Shown: positions 1-8,900 of the stretch, one piece after another
Layout: the number at the start of each line of letters is the position of its first letter
How positions within the stretch are numbered: position 1 is the stretch's first letter
Origin: a virus
Taxonomy: Duplodnaviria; Caudoviricetes
DNA: 28,266 nt
Direction: 5' to 3' (one strand)
IMG/VR virus record: IMGVR_UViG_3300020375_000006
Coordinates: 1-28,266 of that record
Notes under the pieces: model-generated
The model's input: the letters and a program-made list of their open reading frames with translations, nothing else
Database searches by the model: none
What the model was told of the DNA's origin: nothing
Translations under genes and position numbers: made by a program

Positions 1-51
1 CAGGCTGCCGCGAAGAGACACCTGACATACAAGACTGTCGAATGTGTTTGA
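1..51 (+). CDS. 3' end of a possible upstream gene (partial)
   Basis: Frame 1 is open from base 1 (QAAAKRHLTYKTVECV) to TGA at 49-51; too short to verify. Confidence 0.3.
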   Translation, partial: QAAAKRHLTYKTVECV

Positions 52-76
52 CGGGCTTATCTGGTTAGCGTATAAA
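48..76 (+). promoter_or_regulatory. sigma70-type promoter for the early arm
   Basis: TTGACG (48-53), 17-nt spacer, TATAAA (71-76), upstream of a GAGGGGG RBS and ATG at 104. Confidence 0.7.
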
Positions 77-103
77 CAGGTTAGAACAGAGAGGGGGTAC
101 GGA

Positions 104-337
104 ATGAAACGACTGACAGGCAGACAGGTTGACCACTTGGCGAGGGCCCTTATCTACATGTGGGGAACTGTCGCCATCTGGAACGGTATCGAGACGTACA
201 GTTCACAGTGGGAGTACTGCGAGGACGCGGTTCCAGAGGGCCGGAAGTGGGACGCGGAAGCGGCGGCCCAGGTCGAGGCGAGGATGCGTGAACTGGAGCC
301 GGCATTCGAGGCCAGATACCGAAGGGAGGGCGAATGA
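104..337 (+). CDS. hypothetical phage protein (77 aa)
   Basis: Start moved from 44 to ATG 104, which has an RBS; ATGA overlap with the next gene. Confidence 0.75.
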   Translation: MKRLTGRQVDHLARALIYMWGTVAIWNGIETYSSQWEYCEDAVPEGRKWDAEAAAQVEARMRELEPAFEARYRREGE

Positions 338-624
338 CGCCGCCAAGCCCAGACGGACGAGTGACCAGGTGCCGCATCTGCAACGAGTGGGAACACGAAT
401 CAGCGGGCTGCGATTGCACGACTGGCCTGGACGACTGCCCTTGCGGTCTACGGGTCTGGACGAAGATTGACGACGAGATTGTCTGCTTCTTCTGTCGGAA
501 CCTTGGAGAGGATGACGGATTCGCTGACGGGCTGGCGGGGCGCCTGCCCCAGGCCCTGGACCATACAGAATATATGCATGGATACAATAACGGTGGGTTC
601 GTTAGAGCCGATGGGGGTGAGTGA
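334..624 (+). CDS. Cys-rich probable Zn-binding protein with a C-terminal RMF-like Gly/aromatic motif
   Basis: CRIC, CDC, CPCG and CFFC motifs, then GFADGLAG...EYMHGYNNG; GGAGG RBS; coupled overlaps at both ends. Confidence 0.7.
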   Translation: MTPPSPDGRVTRCRICNEWEHESAGCDCTTGLDDCPCGLRVWTKIDDEIVCFFCRNLGEDDGFADGLAGRLPQALDHTEYMHGYNNGGFVRADGGE

Positions 625-881
625 TGAGCGGCATCAAAGTGACTGACAACGTTCTCAGGTTTGGCCACCAGAGCGCAAAGACGGTGGTCAAGTTGATGGT
701 TAAGCGGCTTGGGTTGAGCGAGATACAGACCGAGGATTTTATCCACGGTTTCCGCCACGCGAGCATCGGACACGCAACATATTCGGACTGGTGGAAGGGT
801 AACGAGCATTACATCCAGGGCTTCGACGACGGGGCTGCATGGCGCGAGACGATGCCCCGAAAGGGGGAGCGGACAAGATGA
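621..881 (+). CDS. small protein with an RMF-like Gly/aromatic motif
   Basis: GTGA overlap with the upstream gene; FIHGFRHASIG...HYIQGFDDG. Confidence 0.7.
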   Translation: MMSGIKVTDNVLRFGHQSAKTVVKLMVKRLGLSEIQTEDFIHGFRHASIGHATYSDWWKGNEHYIQGFDDGAAWRETMPRKGERTR

Positions 882-1030
882 ACGACGCGACACAGGGATG
901 GACCGACGCCATTAACGGCGTCTCGTGGCTGGCCGCAGAGTGGGCTAGCAAATCTAAAGAGTACACATGCGCCTTTTCGGCAGGCCAGAAGTGGCTTCAA
1001 AGCATGACAACCAAAGGAGAAGAGAGATGA
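878..1030 (+). CDS. small protein (50 aa) with an RMF-like motif
   Basis: Start moved to ATG 878 (ATGA overlap, GGAG upstream); QGWTDAING...EYTCAFSAG. Confidence 0.65.
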   Translation: MNDATQGWTDAINGVSWLAAEWASKSKEYTCAFSAGQKWLQSMTTKGEER

Positions 1031-1350
1031 ACCAGAGAGAACGACTCATGCTGATGATGCGCAACAATGTGGGGTGTCTTACCAGTGGGATAATTAAGTG
1101 CATATGCATGGCGAAAGGGAAGACCTACGACGAAGCCGTAGAGGGCTCGCATCGGGAGGGTGATGGGCGTTGGCTGCGTGAGACAACCTCGCGCTCAGGG
1201 GGTCAGCGAATCGGGGAAGCGGGGGTAATTCTCGACGTCGAACCCGCTGTGCTGATGGGCGTCAGGGGCGGCTTCCCGCACTCGGAAGAGCTCCGAAAGA
1301 TTTTCGAGTCGATAATCCTGGGGCCTGAGGGAGGCGCAGACGATGGGTGA
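1027..1350 (+). CDS. hypothetical protein, possibly an XRE/Cro-like HTH regulator
   Basis: Start moved to ATG 1027 (ATGA overlap). KGKTYDEAVE...IGEAGVILDVEPAVLMG loosely resembles the XRE helix pattern; function tentative. Confidence 0.55.
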   Translation: MNQRERLMLMMRNNVGCLTSGIIKCICMAKGKTYDEAVEGSHREGDGRWLRETTSRSGGQRIGEAGVILDVEPAVLMGVRGGFPHSEELRKIFESIILGPEGGADDG

Positions 1351-2476
1351 CCCAGCAAAATACGAACCGCCAACAGTCGACCTGAGCAAACTCAGGCCCG
1401 GACTCGTCTCGGCACTGGCCACCGTCCTCTCGATGGGGGGCTCTACCGTGGCGAAGATTCTACTGGGCGAGTGGGGTGGACCCCACGGCGCCTACCTGAC
1501 CCTGACCGGGAGGGGTGAACCCGTGGAGGGGGACCAACTCACGAGAGGCCACGATGTCGAGCCACTCATTGCAGAACTCTCGCGTCCCATGTTCGGGGAC
1601 ACTGAGGTTGTCGAAGTGTGGGGTCAGGGGACATTCAAGAGGACCCCGACGATGCACGCAACGCCTGACAGGCTGCTGATTCGAGACGGGGGGGTGGTGG
1701 GGCACCTTGAGTTGAAGTCAGTCAACAATCAGCACCGAGCCCTGTACATCGACAGCAGGGAGGGTTGGGGGCTTCAGTGCCAGCATACCAACTGGGTCCT
1801 CGATGGTGCGCTCAGGGCTGGCCCTGCCTGGGACTACAGGGGCATGAACGAGAGCACCCTGGTGGCACTCGCAGCACCTGAGCCTGTGTTCGACCACCTA
1901 CGGCGCCTGATTCGAGAGAAAGGCCTTGATGCTGCCACCGAGGAGGCGCGGGAACTGGTGGTGAGTGGGGTTGCAGAGCTTCAAATCAGACATGTGGGCA
2001 TCGAGCCCAGCTATGCACAGGAAACTGTGCCAAAGCTCGAAGCCTGGTTTGAGAAGCATGTCATCGGTGACACGCCTCCGCCTGTGGACGACACCAAAGA
2101 ATGCGGACGGGCTTTGGACCTGCGCGTGGGACGACGAGAGGGGGACATGCCGATGTGTGAGAACGTCGCAGCCCTCGGCAGAAAGACCGTGGAGATAAAG
2201 GGGGACATCAAGGCGCTCAAGGCAGAGCTTCAACTCAATGAGAACAAGCTGAAGCTGGTCATGGGTCCAGTCAAGCGGGCCTATGATGACACCCTGTCGG
2301 TCACCATCAGTGACCGTAAAGGTCCATCGAGGCTGAACCAGAAGAGGGCGAAGGAACTGCTGGAAGCGGCAGGCATCGCTGAAGATGAGTACATGAGCGA
2401 GGGGGGAGCCTTCACCGTGATGCTCGTGAAAGAACGTGAAGAGAAACCAGAAGAGACAGAGGAGGTATCAGCATGA
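1343..2476 (+). CDS. YqaJ/lambda-exonuclease-like PD-(D/E)xK nuclease
   Basis: Motifs in the expected order: MGGSTVAKILLG, RGHDVEPLI, HATPD, LELK, QCQH; C-terminal coiled coil; adjacent to ERF. Confidence 0.85.
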   Translation: MGDPAKYEPPTVDLSKLRPGLVSALATVLSMGGSTVAKILLGEWGGPHGAYLTLTGRGEPVEGDQLTRGHDVEPLIAELSRPMFGDTEVVEVWGQGTFKRTPTMHATPDRLLIRDGGVVGHLELKSVNNQHRALYIDSREGWGLQCQHTNWVLDGALRAGPAWDYRGMNESTLVALAAPEPVFDHLRRLIREKGLDAATEEARELVVSGVAELQIRHVGIEPSYAQETVPKLEAWFEKHVIGDTPPPVDDTKECGRALDLRVGRREGDMPMCENVAALGRKTVEIKGDIKALKAELQLNENKLKLVMGPVKRAYDDTLSVTISDRKGPSRLNQKRAKELLEAAGIAEDEYMSEGGAFTVMLVKEREEKPEETEEVSA

Positions 2477-3108
2477 GACTCTCAGAAGAAACGGCCGCAC
2501 TGTGGGCAGCATTGGCCCTCGCCTTTGGCGAGATGGGGGCGGCAGCCAAGACCGGCAGAAACCCGCACTTCAAAAGCAAGTACGCAGACTCGGCTTCTGT
2601 CGACGCTGCATCAAGGCCAGCCCTGGCGAACAATGGAATCATGGTGTCGCAGGGGGTTGAGGAGGAGCTTGGAGGTCTCGCACTGGTGACCTACCTGATT
2701 CACGGGGGCAGCGGGCAGTGGATGAGCCAGTCGGTTCCGTTCATTGTTCCACGCGGGAAGACTGAAGACCCACAGGCTTACGGGTCGGCGTTAACCTACA
2801 GTCGGCGCTATGGATTGCAGTCTGCCCTGGGCATGGTGTCCGACGACGACGATGGGGAAGCCGCATCGAGGATTGCGCGGAGGCCTGCGCCAGTGGCGCC
2901 GCCTGCACCCGTCGAAGACTCAGGGCCTGTTCCTGAACTCACAGACCTCGAAGCCAAGTGTCGAGAGATGGGGATGAGCCCCAGACTGGTCGAAGACTTC
3001 GTCATGGCAGAGAAGGGGAAGTCTATGAACGAACTCGAAACGCATGAAATCATCGGACTGAAGAAGCACATCATCGAAAACTCAGACAAGTTTAAGGAGA
3101 CAGCGTGA
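2473..3108 (+). CDS. erf: ERF-family single-strand annealing protein
   Basis: NPHFKSKYA and QAYGSALTYSRRYGLQSALGMVSDDDDG are ERF signatures. Confidence 0.92.
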   Translation: MRLSEETAALWAALALAFGEMGAAAKTGRNPHFKSKYADSASVDAASRPALANNGIMVSQGVEEELGGLALVTYLIHGGSGQWMSQSVPFIVPRGKTEDPQAYGSALTYSRRYGLQSALGMVSDDDDGEAASRIARRPAPVAPPAPVEDSGPVPELTDLEAKCREMGMSPRLVEDFVMAEKGKSMNELETHEIIGLKKHIIENSDKFKETA

Positions 3109-3497
3109 GTCAGCAAGCAACAATCATGGGGCGCCTTGGTGGCGACCCTGAAATGAAGGACACCGGCAAGGGTGTTGTGATGGAGATGCGCGTAGCCGTA
3201 AAGAGCGGGCGCGAAGAGACAACCTGGTGGCGTGCTTCCCTGTGGGGGAAGCGGGCCGAAGGTCTCAACGGGAAGATTGGGAAGGGGTGCAGGGTGCTCG
3301 TCATCGGACGCATGGCAACCCCAAAGATTTTCCGCAAGCAGAACGGCGACCCCGGCCTGGACCTGACCATCAACGCAGACACCGTCGACATCATCGACTG
3401 GGCAGACGATGCAAACAGCGGTGCTCAGACGCAACACCAGGACACGAAGGCTAGTGACTGGGGCAACCCCAAGAACGCCGACCCCGTGCCGTTTTGA
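3105..3497 (+). CDS. ssb: single-stranded DNA-binding protein
   Basis: IMGRLGGDPE, TTWWRASLWGKRAE, KGCRVLVIGRM and C-terminal DPVPF tail; GTG start with AAGGAG RBS. Confidence 0.93.
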   Translation: MSQQATIMGRLGGDPEMKDTGKGVVMEMRVAVKSGREETTWWRASLWGKRAEGLNGKIGKGCRVLVIGRMATPKIFRKQNGDPGLDLTINADTVDIIDWADDANSGAQTQHQDTKASDWGNPKNADPVPF

Positions 3498-3991
3498 GCA
3501 GCCTGGTTGTGGGGATTGACCCCGGAAAGCGGGGAGCCCTGGTGGCTGTAGAGGGGGGCGAGTTTATCGCCTCCCTCGTCATGCCCTTTAAGGGTAAAGA
3601 GTGGGACGACAGGACGGTCATCGACTGGTTGAGCCATCTAGACGTTGCGCTCGTGGTCCTCGAACAGCAGCAGGCATTCAGGGGGCAGGGGGTCACCTCT
3701 ACCTACACAACAGGCTTTAGATACGGGCGTCTGTATCAGATGGTCTCGATGCTGCACCTACCGTTCACAACCCCAAGGCCCCGCGTATGGACGAGGGTCA
3801 TGCTCGATGGGGTTGAGGGCTCTGGAAAAGAGAGGGCCATCTCCAGGGTGAAGGAGTTGCTGCCATCGCTGGACCTGTCACCGGGCAGGCTTAGAGTGGA
3901 CCATGACGGACTCGCAGACGCGGGGCTGCTCGCCCTTTACGGAGAGAGAATGCTCGATGACCCGCGACACCTGGGGGGCATCAGAATTTGA
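3494..3991 (+). CDS. ruvC: RuvC-like Holliday junction resolvase
   Basis: VGIDPG, VVLEQ, PRVW and DGLADA RNase H-fold motifs; TTG start overlapping the ssb stop. Confidence 0.85.
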   Translation: MSSLVVGIDPGKRGALVAVEGGEFIASLVMPFKGKEWDDRTVIDWLSHLDVALVVLEQQQAFRGQGVTSTYTTGFRYGRLYQMVSMLHLPFTTPRPRVWTRVMLDGVEGSGKERAISRVKELLPSLDLSPGRLRVDHDGLADAGLLALYGERMLDDPRHLGGIRI

Positions 3992-4004
3992 TGCAGGTGA
4001 TTAA

Positions 4005-4718
4005 ATGCAACTTGAAATGGAAGACATTCTAACTTTTGGAGCAGGTAAAATGGAGTATTGGGCGGGGTGGAAATGGTCGCACCCAAAAGAACTCAGACCG
4101 TGGATTGCTGGGCAGGTCATCACACCCAGGTGGGCAGAAGACTACAAATCGGACGACAGGATTATCCTAGACAATGGCGCCTTCGCAGCATGGCGTGACA
4201 ATCAACCAATGGACGAGGAGTTCCATGTCTCAGAGGTTCTACGGGCTGGACGCCTGCTGCGCCCTGAGTTTGTCGTTCTGCCTGACATCGTCGCCGGGGG
4301 TGATGAGTCCCTTCGTCGTTCGCGGCAGTCTGCCCCGGCGATTCACTCAGAACTCCCATCCTCAAGGCTGCTCGTTGCAGTCCAGGAGGGTATGAAGATA
4401 TGGGAAGCCATGGAGCTTGCCGACATGTTTGGGGGCGGCATCTTTGTGGGAGGGGCAGACTACGCCTGGAAACGATATGCCGTTGAGACCATCAGGGCGA
4501 AATCGAAATCCATCTATGTACACGTCGCACGAATCTGGAAAGACGGCGACCTGTGTTGGCATTCGAGCCGCACCCAGTCATTCGACAACACCACCTTCGG
4601 GCGGGGCCAGAACTTCAACGTGAAACTCGACAAGGTGAAGTCCCTGCAACGCTACTGCACGAGGTTCGGGGAACTAAACCCCGTTGATAGCTGCCAGGAT
4701 GGTGGCCTTCGACCATGA
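4005..4718 (+). CDS. TGT-fold (queuine tRNA-ribosyltransferase/DpdA-like) putative base-exchange transglycosylase
   Basis: IILDNGAF, VLPDIV, VAVQEG, IFVGG, VHV and SFD occur in the order of TGT barrel motifs. Start could be 4050 (MEYWAG). Confidence 0.65.
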   Translation: MQLEMEDILTFGAGKMEYWAGWKWSHPKELRPWIAGQVITPRWAEDYKSDDRIILDNGAFAAWRDNQPMDEEFHVSEVLRAGRLLRPEFVVLPDIVAGGDESLRRSRQSAPAIHSELPSSRLLVAVQEGMKIWEAMELADMFGGGIFVGGADYAWKRYAVETIRAKSKSIYVHVARIWKDGDLCWHSSRTQSFDNTTFGRGQNFNVKLDKVKSLQRYCTRFGELNPVDSCQDGGLRP

Positions 4719-5000
4719 GCTTGGAACACTGATGCCCATACTTTCCGCAGCAGCCGTAAGCTCAGCCTTTGTGTTGTCCATGGACCAGTTCGAGGGGGTC
4801 TCGACGATGATGTCGATGCCCCGGTCAAACGGGCCTTCGACAAAGACCCCGGCGCCTGGAGTGTCTGAACGCTCTGCGGCTACGCGGTAGGCGTCCGCGT
4901 CTGTGAAGTACACGATGAACACGCCGGGAGTATCGAGGCTTCTGATGATGAACGCCGGATAGGAGAGGGTGTCTGTCAGGTAGTATCGTCCTGGGTTCAT
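4674..5000 (-). CDS. hypothetical protein with a C-terminal HeH/Rho-N-like motif
   Basis: TKAELTAAAESMGISVPSSWSKATILAAI fits the helix-extension-helix pattern; ATGA overlap with the upstream gene. Confidence 0.7.
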   Translation of the reverse strand: MNPGRYYLTDTLSYPAFIIRSLDTPGVFIVYFTDADAYRVAAERSDTPGAGVFVEGPFDRGIDIIVETPSNWSMDNTKAELTAAAESMGISVPSSWSKATILAAINGV

Positions 5001-5527
5001 GTTATCACCAGATATTCAAAGCTGATTTTGCATTGCCCTGCGTCGGTGGGGGTGCCCCCGCCGAAGTAGTTGTTCCAGCCATCCCACTTTAACTGTGGGG
5101 TTGCGGCACCTGCCCCTATCGTGAAGTTGGGGGCGCATTCAACGAGCTTCCCCGTGCCACCGTTCAGGCCAAAGATTTCCCCGTAGGAGGCAGTGGATTT
5201 TCTTATGGTTGTGCCAGAGGTGTAGGCGTATGACCCCATGGGTGTCAGGAGTTGGCCGTCAAGAAGAACCTGCGCCGTGCTGCCGACGTAGTTGGTGAAT
5301 CCCCACGCGGTGTATTGAAACGGGGTAACAACCTCCCAGATGATTCGGACGACCCTTGAGCTTGCCGGAATGGACGCTGCCAGGGTGATGGTTCCGTTGG
5401 TGGCGTTGATGTCCTGGTAGTCGATTGCTTCAGGAGTCGTAGTCGTATAGGTCAGGGTGCTGCCACCCCCGCCCCCACCACCAGCAACTGGCCCTGAGTT
5501 TGTGTATGTGCTGAGTAGATTGCTCAT
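4997..5527 (-). CDS. probable virion beta-sandwich (decoration/appendage) protein
   Basis: Poly-Gly linker, then beta-rich IPASSRVVRIIWEVVTPF...AGQCKISFEY; lies in the structural operon. Confidence 0.6.
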   Translation of the reverse strand: MSNLLSTYTNSGPVAGGGGGGGSTLTYTTTTPEAIDYQDINATNGTITLAASIPASSRVVRIIWEVVTPFQYTAWGFTNYVGSTAQVLLDGQLLTPMGSYAYTSGTTIRKSTASYGEIFGLNGGTGKLVECAPNFTIGAGAATPQLKWDGWNNYFGGGTPTDAGQCKISFEYLVIT

Positions 5528-5535
5528 GTTACCCC

Positions 5536-5895
5536 CTACTCAAAACAGATGGCGAAGCAGGCGGTTGCGCCTACCGCAGAGTTCTCAACCCAAATGCTGC
5601 CAGTGGGGGCGCCTGCAATGGGGAAGAACATGCTGCCAAGGCTGGAGATTGCTATGCCAGCCCCACCCATCCCGGTCCCAGGCCCAAGACCTGCACCCAC
5701 CCTGACCTGGATGGTAGTTCCCGATGTGTTGCTCAGGAGCACCCCGGAAGGAAGAGAGCCGCCCATGGTTGCCACCGCCTCCTCGATGAGGTCGTTGGGG
5801 TCGTCGGCGGCAGTGGTCCCAAGCATCATGGTCGCCGTCTTCTCGGTGAAGACTGCGTTGTTCGTGTATTGACGGGTTGTAATTCCTGCTGCCAT
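5536..5895 (-). CDS. probable small virion structural protein
   Basis: AAGGAG RBS before ATG 5895; Gly/Ala/Thr beta-rich with LLSNTSGTTIQVRVG. Confidence 0.65.
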   Translation of the reverse strand: MAAGITTRQYTNNAVFTEKTATMMLGTTAADDPNDLIEEAVATMGGSLPSGVLLSNTSGTTIQVRVGAGLGPGTGMGGAGIAISSLGSMFFPIAGAPTGSIWVENSAVGATACFAICFE

Positions 5896-5919
5896 GACCA
5901 CTCCTTAAAAGTGTTGTGG

Positions 5920-8900
5920 TTATTGTGCTTTCTTTGACCGCTTTTGGAGGTCTCTGATGCCGGTAAAGAGTCTCCTCTTGTGGAGCCCGACCTGCTTCTC
6001 GATAACTTTATTCCACTTCTCGGCCTGTGTCTTTTTATATTTAATCGACGCCTGGATTTCCTTGTCTTCCTCGTTGAGTGGCGTCCCAGCAGGCAATCCG
6101 CGCCGTCGCTTTACGAGCTTTTTCTTGAGAGCCTTCGCTTCTCTTGTCAGGGTGAGAGACGTGCCCTTTCTCAGGCTGTCCTTCATCTTCTTGAGAAACC
6201 AACCAACGGCGCCCTTTGCCACCTCCTTGTCGGTGACTTTCACCTTCGTCTTGCCGGCCTTTGCCGTGAACTCGCGGCGTGGGAGAAATCGTTTGGGCGT
6301 TGGGGCCAGTCCAAGCATTCGCCGGATTACGAAGTTCATCATGGTCTCTTCGATGGTCGGGTCTAACGAGACGCCGGGAGGAACGGGGCTCCCGAATGCG
6401 CCCCCAGTAACGACGTTGACTGCACCCTTTTCGGCGCCCAGGGCGGCTGCCGTCTGGATTCCCTTCGCAAGGGTTCCGCCCACAATGGCAGCACCGAATT
6501 GGGCGATGAGCACATCGGTGGTCAGGGGGTAGCCGTGCTCGTCCTTCATGTCGCGCTGGAACGCATCATAAAGTTCAAGCGCGGGACCGCCGGCAAGCCC
6601 AATCAACTCCATCCCGTCGGTCAGATTGAACCGCTCACCCCTTAACTGTTTGAGGGCAAGGGATGCTCGCCTCTGGTCCGATGGTGAATCGCTTTTCTGT
6701 AGACGCAGCAACTGCTGTAACCCGGTGTCGCCCTTTGCCATGGAATACAGGCCCAGGACATTACGCATCCCGATGCTGAATGGTCCGCTCCAGTCTATGT
6801 ATTGAAGGTCTTTGACATCAACCGTCCCGTCCTTCATTAGGCCCATCGTCATGGGGGAGCCCACTCTTGGATCCCAGGAGAGGACGTTGCGAAAGGTGTC
6901 AGAGATTGCGCGGTCCTCGATGTCGCCAGCCTGACTGAATACCGCACGCCTGCCGGACTGTGCCGTTGCGTCCGCCATCTGGCGCCCAAGGATTGCCGCG
7001 CTGTCGGTGTAGACGATGGGCGAGAAGTCACCAAGCAGCACGTTGCCGACCAGGCCCCCGCGCCTGCCGGCTAGAGCCTTGCTGAACCAGGTATGGAACG
7101 GGGACAGGACCGTCATCCCCTGCTTTGAAGCTCTGAGCACATGGGCAAGCCTGCCCGTATCTCTGTAGTTGAAGAACTTGTTCTCTGCCGCCATGGAGGC
7201 ACCACGGCCAACGATGTCAGATAGTTCGTCGGGAGTCAGGGGTCTGTCCTGACCCTTTCTATAAAGCTTGCCGTACATGCCCCTCCTGATGGGGATAATG
7301 CGGTTACTGTCAACCATGAGGCTCGCCGTCTCCCCATCCTTCAGCATGTCCAACTCAGACATCACCTTTTTGTAGGTCCGTATTGAGTCTTCGAGCTTGG
7401 GAAGCGCGTCACCCTGGCGATAGAACTCCTCGAAAGGTTTCGCCAGCTTGCTGGGTATGCTGTCCCCTTTATACAGGTGGGTCTCGACAGCAATCATGTC
7501 GCTGTCTAGAACACCCGTATTCTCAAGGGACTCGAACATGCGAACAAGGGCCGGGTCTGTGACGGTGCCCTTTTTGTACGCCCTGTAGTCAAGGCCCGCA
7601 GAGGCAAGGTTTTTCAGGATGATGGGCATCGGGACGCCCTGGCTAATGCTCTGGAGCAGGACGTTTGCGGTGATGTTGTTGATGCCTGATGAGATGTTGA
7701 GAACCGTTAGGTTCTTCTTCATCCTTGCGGTCTGTCTGCTGATGAAGCTCTGCGTGTTGTTCCTGAAGTTCTCGGCGGCATCTATCACCTCGAACGCCTT
7801 GGCTACCTTGGGGTCCAGGTAGCCTCCGAGATCAGCATCCTTCTTAAACGTGAACAGCTTTTCCCGAAGAAGCTTAACCTCCCTCTTCGCAGCCTTCAGC
7901 GACATGCCGTGCTTTTTCGACATGGCCTCAGCTACCAGCGCGATGTTGCCACCCTGTAGCTGGGTGGTGATGTTGGGTATGTTCAGACCCTCGTGTTGGA
8001 GCGGGTAGAACATGACCGGAGCACCTGGCGTAAGACCGTTCTCCAGCTCGTATATCTTGAGCACGATATCTGCGAACGCTTTCGGGTTTTCTATCCGCAT
8101 CAGGTCAAACGAGCGCCGGTTTCCCTTGGCGTCAGTGCCCCCCTTTTTCAGCCACTGCTCCTCGAAGATGTCCAGAACGGGGTTCACGGTGTCGGCTATC
8201 TTTCTCGCCCGATGGTTCTTGCCCTCTTCCCTTGCCGCCTTGACGACCGTGTTCCTCATTATCGCCTTCTGTGCTTCGGACGACTTCGCCACGGCACTAG
8301 AAATGACGTCGCGTATATTGGTGAGGCCCCACTCTCCTCCCTCGACCTTTGGGGGGACGGCTTTTAGCTGAACCACTCGCCCTCCGTCCTGAAACTCTTT
8401 GATAGCTAGATGCACCTGAGCACCAGCCATCGAGGGTTCCATGCCCAGCTCTACCAAGTAGTTCATCACGGAGCCGTAAACGGCTGGGTGGTCAAGATAA
8501 ATGGGGGCATCCCCTGTCAGCACCTCCATTATCTGGGAGATATACCTGTCTGTAAGGTCAACCTGGGGCTTGACCCCTTCGGCTAAATCCTTTCGCGCCC
8601 TGGCCTGTCCCCCCTCGAAAAGCCTCCGTATCTTCTTAACGGCATTTTGTTGTGAGCGCGTAAGCTCCCTGACCATCGGTCTCGGCTCTTCGCGCAGCCT
8701 CTGTTTTAGTTGAGCCTCTTCGTGTGGTATCGGGAGGCCAGACGGACCCCTTACTGTGGCTGCCGTGCTGGGTCTCTGCTCATATGGACCCCGCTCCATG
8801 CCCATGGACTCACGAATGGCTGGACTGCCCTCGTCGGTAACCCTGATTAGTTGGTCCGTCTCACGCAGCGTCCTCAAGGCGAACCTGTCTGGCTCAAGAA

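Noticed and set aside
150-893. 247-aa minus-strand ORF and other long antisense or alternate-frame ORFs (e.g. 2808-3437, 5957-6532, 18369-19106, 21508-22092, 26614-27189)
   Set aside because: Shadows of well-supported coupled genes in GC-rich DNA; low-complexity Ser/Pro/Arg composition and no motifs.
5461-5486. C/G-rich run as a G-quadruplex or phase-variable tract
   Set aside because: Explained by poly-Gly codons with varied third positions.
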